Source: Eledone cirrhosa (lineage: Eukaryota). Taken from it: a DNA stretch of 64,000 nucleotides. Positions 56,737 to 64,000 of this stretch are shown piece by piece (the stretch's first letter is position 1; every line of letters starts with the position of its first letter). Location: positions 31,000,001 through 31,064,000 of the forward strand of contig OZ024744.1 in assembly GCA_964016885.1 (NCBI GenBank), in the 5' to 3' direction. Made by a program: the position numbers and the translations under genes. The notes beneath the pieces are model-generated. The model saw only the letters and a program-made list of their open reading frames with translations. It did no database searches and was not told the DNA's origin.

Positions 56737-57287
56737 GTCCATAGTAAGGATCAAACCGCCAACTTCTTTCAAAAACGAAAGAGAGGCGGTTTTCCTCTGT
56801 ACACTGGCTATGGTGAAAGAGGTTATATGGTGGACGAGATTGAGAGGACTGAGGACAGATGCCTTTCTCTCCGGACAACAACTCATTCCCTGCTTTAAGT
56901 ATCACTTTAGAAGGAGAATCAGAGTGGAGAGAGAGGCACTGCACCCCAGTACATTTACTGAAAGGTGGGTGAATGTGGCAAAAATGGCCCGAGTGATTGG
57001 GCCTTCTCTGTTTATAAGCCTGTAGGTTAAAGAAGAGAGCAAAAGGAAGAAAGGAGCACTTGCACAACACGCTCATGGAGTTGAGGGTTGTTCTATCTAC
57101 GGGGTTTTAAACAACCCATTTGTAACGCCTCCCCCCCTATTGGGGATTTCGATTGTTATAATTGTTTGTTTTATATTTTTTACACGACTGCATGTAAAAT
57201 CCCCGGCATGTGCTTGTATTGTCCCCTTTTCTTGTGCGCCCTTGTGGTAAATAAAGAAATATATCTATCTATCTATCTATCTATCCG

Positions 57288-57342
<55 letters not shown>

Positions 57343-57345
57343 CTC
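56737..57345 (+). mobile_element. 3' fragment of a Tx1/L1-like LINE with AATAAA and (TCTA)n on both sides
   Basis: C-terminal FLCTLAMVKEVIWWTR..FKYHFRRRIRVE..F.ERW*, T-rich 3'UTR, AATAAA at ~57250. Confidence 0.5.
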
Positions 57346-58151
57346 GGGTACTCCTTGCAGATAAAACTCTTGTCACATGCACTCAAACCCTGGGTGAAAT
57401 ACTAAGATAGAGTAAGTGAAATAGAAAGAGAAAATAGACATGCTAACACATACATACACGCCCACGCTAAAACATATGCATACATTCCCACACATATACA
57501 AACACGTCCACACAAAGACACACACGTCCACACAAATACACACGTCCACACATATCCACACATGTCCACACATATACACACATGTCCACACATATACACA
57601 CATGCTCAAACGCATGCATCAAGATACGACTGTTCAATTAAAATCTGTTTTATTAACGAGTATACATATTCTCACATTTGCTCCGCTATATTTAATTAGA
57701 AATAGTTTGGTCTCATCTTCTATATGAAGTGGATTTAGTGTGCTTTTGTTTTCTTTTTATGGTTAGCAGCAAAGATAATGGGAATAATGACATCTCTGAC
57801 ATGAAACAACATTGTCCACTAATGATAAAATTATTTTTAAAATGTTCATTTCCAGTTCCAAAATAGTACCAGCAATAAAAGATCAATGAAAACATTGTTT
57901 TCTTGGTCTAATCTGATGATCAACTCCATTCTTCTGCCAGGAGTTATGATTGACAGATAGTATCAACAATAGTTAGACCAATGGAAATATTGTTACGAAC
58001 CATTCTTTTCCTTTTGTCTCATATTCTGTATATTATTGCTGACAAGCATGCTTTAAATATATGCTGTTTCTCATATACACACACTCACACGCATTCACAC
58101 ACACACACACACGCACCACACAGACACACTCACACACACATATATATATAT

Positions 58152-58425
58152 ATTGTTATACTTTGGGAGGGTCATGTTTCCAATAAGAAACACACGCACC
58201 AGTTGCTTTCACTCCAATTTATTATAAATTAAAAAATTCTTTCAAAAAAATATAGTGTACATAAGTGAGACAGCTCGTAGTATAGGAGAACGGTTAAATG
58301 AACACTGGCGAGAGCTTCAAGATAGAAAATAATCATCAATACTCCACCAACATGCTACAATAGAACATAAGGGCAAATTAGAGAACATAGAAATAAAAAT
58401 AAAATCTACACACAGAAAAGACGTA
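58152..58425. mobile_element. Rearranged PLE family A fragment (minus terminal piece + plus GIY-YIG piece)
   Basis: VYISETARSIGERLNEHWRELQ; terminal piece matches 26710-26790. Confidence 0.75.
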
Positions 58426-58444
58426 TATAAATATACATATATAT

Positions 58445-59210
58445 ATTGTTATACTTGGGGAGGGTCATATTTGTGTAATATTGCCAGAATTAATAACAGA
58501 ACACACTCACTGTTTGGTTGGTTTTCGCTTTTCGCTTCTGTGTCTTTTATATGGGTAATCTAATTTATTCGGTCCTCAATGTTGCCATTGACTGACCAAC
58601 GGTCAACAATAATACAGATACAATATAGACACAAACACATATATATAGTTTATCAAATTTCTTTCGTTGCACATCTGCAACATCGTCAGTGGTGCTATTA
58701 TTTCCTCCCGTTGCATTGTATTTTCTACGCCATCTTTATTTAGTCTGTTTATATATTTATTTATTTGTTTATTTTATTTTGTCTTCTTTGCGCATGCGTT
58801 TGCGTGTGTGTATAGTGTTTTGTTTGATGTGTGTTCGTGATTGGGTGACTGTGTATTGGTTAATGTATTCTATCTTTACTAGTGTGTGTTTATATGTGTT
58901 TGTTGTTATTGTGCTTGTGTATGTATTTATTTATTTATCTATTTATTTATTTATTTATACTTCTCTTAGGTCAGTGTTGTTTGTTTGGGTGTTGTTAATC
59001 CATTCATTCTTTCTGTTTAGTCTTGGCCTTCTAAGTTCTATTTCGCTGGCCTCTCTGATTTGCCTATCTGCTGGGTCATTTCTATGTTTAGATATTATTC
59101 TAATTTCTATGTTGTCTATGTTACCGTCGTGTTGTTGTCTGGCATGTTCGTATAGTATAACACACGATTTCATATCAAAAACCTCGCAAAACTAATTTAT
59201 CGCCGTTATA
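58445..59210 (-). mobile_element. PLE family B 3' end (GIY-YIG C-terminus, HHR 58646-58697) with a short inverted terminal piece 59157-59210
   Basis: ORF 58955-59173 LYEHARQQH..RQIREASEI..PRLNRKNEW; CTGACGA-T-GTTGCA-GATG-TGCAAC-GAAA. Confidence 0.85.
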
Positions 59211-59675
59211 CATATATATATATAAATACGTATATATATATATATATACGTATATACATGCACACGTACATACATACACAAAGGAGCCATTCCATAATGG
59301 CTGTTGTGCTGTTGTTTTTCCCTGAAAATACCAATAATCGATAACGTAGAAATCAATAGGAAAATAGATTTCATGGTACGGCAAAGCTTACTAGAAAGTA
59401 ACTCATCTGTAACGCGAGATATATTAACGTGAGAATATGTGTTGAATACATATAGTAGCATGTATATAAATATCAAAGAAGTAAATGGGCAGAGTCGGTA
59501 TTCGTTCTAGCAGCTTTCTGTACTCTGGGTACAAATTACTGGTACAATATGTGAAGAAGAGAGTCAGTTAGACCTATGTAGACATAGTGACTAACTGGTA
59601 GTAAAGTGGTAGTGACAACTGGTACAATATGTGAAGTGTCAGTTAGACCTATTTAGACATAGTGACTAACAGGTA

Positions 59676-62600
59676 TTCTTCTTCTTTTTGTATCATCAAA
59701 GCATGTGGTTATATGACAGTTTTCCATTTCTTTACACAGTCCTTTGTATTATTATTAAATTCTGCAAGATATTTTAAGCTGCACTGGTTGGGTAGTAGAG
59801 GGCAAACAAGGCAGTGCTGCATCGTATGGTCCTCCTCTTCACATTCGCAGATGGTTGGGCCGGTCTTGTAGCCCCATCTGGCCATAGCAGCTTTTGATCT
59901 CCTCATTCCTGCTCTCAGGCAGTTGAGTGTCTTTCACTGAACCCTTGGTGCTTCTGAGCCAGGAGGGAGGGCTTCAGAGGGGGGCGGATTCCCATGTCAA
60001 TAGGATGGGAGTCATTCTCTAGCTTTCTAGTCCATAGCTGTAGTCTGATTTCTTCCTGAGATGTTGTTAGGGGCTGGACATGGCTGAGGAAGCTTTTCCT
60101 TGACTGCAGTCATTGAGCTGGAGGTTCACGTCATTGAAGGAGGTGGCGTTCATCACTGATAGCCTGTATGATCTCTACTCGGCTGGCAGCTTCTCTTCTC
60201 ACATCTGCAGGGGCAATGCCACCGAGGAGATGCAGGTTGTTTGGTTTGGTAGGCTTCAGGCAACCAGTGATCAAACGGCAAGTGTTGTTCAACGCTGGGT
60301 CTAGTTTACTGGCATGGGTTGATCTCTCCCAAACAGGACACGCGTAGTCCGCAGGGAATAGCACAAGGCCAAGGCAGTACATCTTAGTGTGTGTGCTGTG
60401 GCTCCCCATTTAGAGTTGGTAAGTTTCCGTAGGTTGTTGTTCCGGGACCTGACTTTCAATTGGTGTTTTTGATGTGTTCCTTGAATGAGAGGGTGTGGTC
60501 CAGGGTTACGCCAAGGTAGACATGATTAGTGCAGTTCTCAAGTGGTGTTCCTGACCATGTGATGTTAAGAGGTCGGTTGGCTTCTTGGTTCCTGAGATGG
60601 AATGAGCAGGCTTGAGTCTTTGCAGGGTTTGCGTGCAGGTGGTTGCTTTCGTAGTAGAGGAGTAGCTCATCCAGGGCTGAGTTGAGGTTTGCTTCTACTG
60701 CTTCGAACGTCCTCTCTTGGGATGTAACACAGGGGTCGTCAGCGTAGATGAACCGCTGAGTGTTCTGCTCCATTGGCTGGTCATTTGTGTAGATGTTATA
60801 TAGTAGTGGAGCAATCACACTACCGTGAGGTAAGCCGTTCCTTTGTCGTCGCCAACGACTTTGCTTGTTGTTCAGGGTAACATAGAAGCGCCTGTCTTTC
60901 AAGAGGGCTCTAATGAGGTCTGTGAGTGCCAGGTCTTTTGTCAGCTCCAAGATCTTTTTCAGGAGGAGGCGATGGTTCACAGTGTCGTATACGGCCGACA
61001 GATCAACAAAGACGGCTCCTGTTACCAGTCCTTTCTGAAATGTGCTGAGTGATATTCAGGAGTTGGCTTGTTGTGGATTTGCCAGGTCGGAATCCAGCTT
61101 GTTAGGGGATGATGGCTGGTTCAACAACTAGGCCCAACCTACTGAGGATCAGACGCTCAAACAGCTTAAACGGGTGGCATAGCAGGGAGATTGGGCGGAA
61201 TCTCTTTGCATGCGCTGGATCTTTACCCGGTTTGAGAAGAGCAATAATTCTGGTTTTCCTCCAAATTTTTGGGATGTTTCTTGTCAGTTGTTCATCAGCT
61301 CAAGGATCCATTTCCGTGTCAGAGGTCCAAAGTGCTTGATCTCCTCTGTGAAAATATTATCTAGGCCGATGGCATTACCAGTCTTAAGGGCATTGATGCT
61401 GATATTGAGCTCTTCAAGCGAGAACGGCTTAGTCAGTCCGGTGGTTTGGGAGTACTGAAGTCGGTCTACCTTTGGTCTTGGCTGTTTGGTGGTGGATTTC
61501 CCATTAAGCAACAGCTGATATGCAACTTGTTTGGCGGTGATGGTGTACTGCTGTTGTGTTGGAGTTGACGGGTCGTTGCTGATTTTCCGGATTAGACTCC
61601 ATGCCTTTTTACTGTTTTTCGTCATATCAGTTGTTTTGCCATTTCCGTTGGCGGCATTCTGAGAGGGAGGTCATGAGCCCCTCACCTACTTCGATGGTAC
61701 TTTCAGCAAAGGGGACAGATTCATATAGCTGTTGGTATTGCTCATATAGTTCGCTGCTTTGAGCATCGAGTCCAGGAATAGAGTGCGGCAGCCTCTTGGG
61801 ATGTTCTTCCGAGCTGCTTGGTGCACAAACTTGGTGAAGTTATCGTAGTTTTTTGGGTCCACTGGGAGGTGAACAATCTTCCTTTCAAGATCTTTTTGGA
61901 AGCCAGGCCAGTTCGCTTTCCCAAAGTTGAATCTTCTTCGGAATGGAACTGTGGCTGGGATGATTACAGCATTGACTGTAATGCCAATGGGACGGTGTTG
62001 GGTTTTTGGCAGTGGCTCCAGTACCAGATTTTTACTCAGTCCGGTGATGTTATGACTGACAAACACGATATCAGGATTGTAACCCGCTTTCCATCGTCCG
62101 CTGTTGACGGACTTTGGTTGTTTGGCATCGTGGATCAAATCAAGCTGGTTGCTTTCAGCCCATGCTTCCACTGCATCTCCATCTGCATTGTTATTAGCAT
62201 ATCCCCATTGTGTGTTGTGGCTGTTGAAGTCTCCGATGACAATCTTTGGTTTACCAGATGATGGTATTTCTGGCATCAGGAGAGGTGTGAGAGGTGGTTT
62301 GTAGACTGAGGTGATGGTAATTCCTCTGAGCTCAGCAGTTTGGACTTCGATGTTATTATCATCGTTCTTTGATGATGATTCGATGATTGTCCCATTTTTT
62401 GCTAGAATGATGCTGCCATATTTCTCATGTGGTCTTTCTATGAGGGGGGGGGGGGGGGGGTGTTTAGGTCCACAGTGGGTTTCTTGTAGGCAGAGAATGT
62501 CACACTGATGCTCTCTGCAGAGTTTTGCAACAAGTTCTTCTTTAGTTGCAGATAGTCCTTCAATATTTAGCGATATGATGGTCAATGCTGGCCTTAGAGG

Positions 62601-62770
62601 TGAGCGTTGGCCTCACTTCATGCATCGGACTGGTAGGCTACCGTCATTCGTTGAGCTTCTGGACATTGCTTGTCTTTCGGCTCGGCTTTGAAGTGTTTGG
62701 TAGAATTCGCAAGTAAACGTGAGTATTACTTGACAGGGATCGCGACGTGAACGCTTCTACCTTGATCCCT
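59676..62770 (-). mobile_element. Full-length (~3.1 kb) Vingi/Ingi-like LINE, APE endonuclease + RT, inactivated by frameshifts; 9-bp TSD TAACAGGTA
   Basis: APE (SLNIEG, LCLQETH, SVYKPP, IGDFNSH, PDIVFVS), RT (NGLPHGSVIAP, FIYADD, YLGVTLD); TSD at 59667-59675 and 62771-62779; short (GAA)n tail; inserted in a small degenerate tandem repeat (59535-59675 / 62771-62860). Confidence 0.92.
62699..62770 (-). ncRNA. HDV-like self-cleaving ribozyme at the 5' end of the Vingi-like LINE
   Basis: AGGGATC(P1)-AA-GGTAGA(P2)-A-GCG(P3)-TTCACGT-CGC(P3')-GATCCCT(P1')-GT-CAAGTAA..TTACTTG(P4)-CGAAT(catalytic C)-TCTACC(P2'); begins exactly at the TSD-defined boundary. Confidence 0.85.
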
Positions 62771-63311
62771 TAACAGGTAGTAATAGTGACAACTGGTACA
62801 ATATGTGCAGTGTCAGTTCGACCTATGTAGACATAACTTAGACAGCATGACTTACAGGGAGTAAGGGGTTGGTAGGTAGTAATAACAACAGAAGAACGGT
62901 GTAAAAAAACACCGAGACCATAGAGCGAGACATTAGTCACGTGATAAAAAGGGAGGTAAAATAGTGCAGCTCAACAAAAGAAGAAGAGGGGGAGGGGCCG
63001 TCGGATGAGTCATAGATTACATGACAACATTGGCAACATTTATGAAAGCTCTGGGGTAGAAATGGGAGACAAAGCTTCAACCGCTACCGAATTCGAGTCA
63101 AAGTTTCTGACGAAATCCTCAAGCCCTCGCATTGGAATATTCTATAAGACAAGAGGAAAAAAAAAAAAGAAATTTACGTGAAATTATATGTCGATAACAA
63201 AAGCCGATCAAAGTGTTAGATGCACAGAGTGACTTACAGTAAGGTAAAGGTTGAGTGGGCCCTATGTATGTGGGAGCAAATATATATGTGTGTGTGTGTA
63301 TTATATATATA

Positions 63312-63473
<162 letters not shown>

Positions 63474-64000
63474 TAATATATAAGACATATCAATTAAAAC
63501 TAGCGACTAATCTAGTTAATCCTAGTTAATCGTGTGTTAAATATGTAAAATATATATACTGTACATTCTTACATGGGCATGAAAGAAAACTGTGAGAAAA
63601 TGTCTCATTAATAATGAGAAACAATTTATGATGCGTGAAAAAAATTTATAATCTTTTAAAAACATTTTGATCTATGCGCATAAAAATGCTTTCTCCTATT
63701 TTAAACAAAGAAAAGTAAGGTGTACTCCAAATATTAACAGATAGTGTTATGTACTTTTCTTTTGGCGGCTATTTTCCCGCATTACTAACGTAGTACCTGT
63801 CAAAAATAACGGTGGCATTGTCTGTCACATTATATCTTCTTCTTCTTCTTCTTCTTCTTCTTCTTCTTCTTCTTCTTCTTCTTCTTCTTCTTCTTCTTCT
63901 TCTTCTTCTTCGCCCATTTATTCTTGAGAGGGTCGTGGGTGCAGAGCCCTCAAACACTCCTCCTGGAAGGAGTGTTTGAGGTCTCCGCCCCACGACCCTC

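Overview
Eukaryotic (animal) non-genic DNA. Very dense (TA)n/(CA)n/(ATGT)n microsatellites plus the SINE/LINE/Penelope mix suggest a mollusc, probably a cephalopod such as Octopus; this is inference only. No intact host gene, rRNA, tRNA or CRISPR is supported, and almost all listed ORFs are artefacts of simple repeats. Positions 1-9.4 kb are an 80-bp satellite with a ~5.65-kb higher-order period, and its end abuts the 3' end of a CRE-like RLE retrotransposon remnant. The rest is a graveyard of mobile elements: RTE LINEs, two Vingi-like LINEs (one full length, with a 9-bp TSD and a well-formed 5' HDV-like ribozyme), an R4/Dong-like element, a Tx1-like 3' fragment, Helitron pieces, two tRNA-SINE families and many Penelope-like element (PLE) remnants. 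The most notable layer is RNA-level. About 17-20 minimal type-I hammerhead (HHR)-like motifs from several unrelated families can be read by eye, including U4C and compensatory U3-A8 core variants. Many occur in outward-facing inverted pairs or fold-back palindromes inside TA tracts. All coordinates and folds were determined by eye and are approximate.
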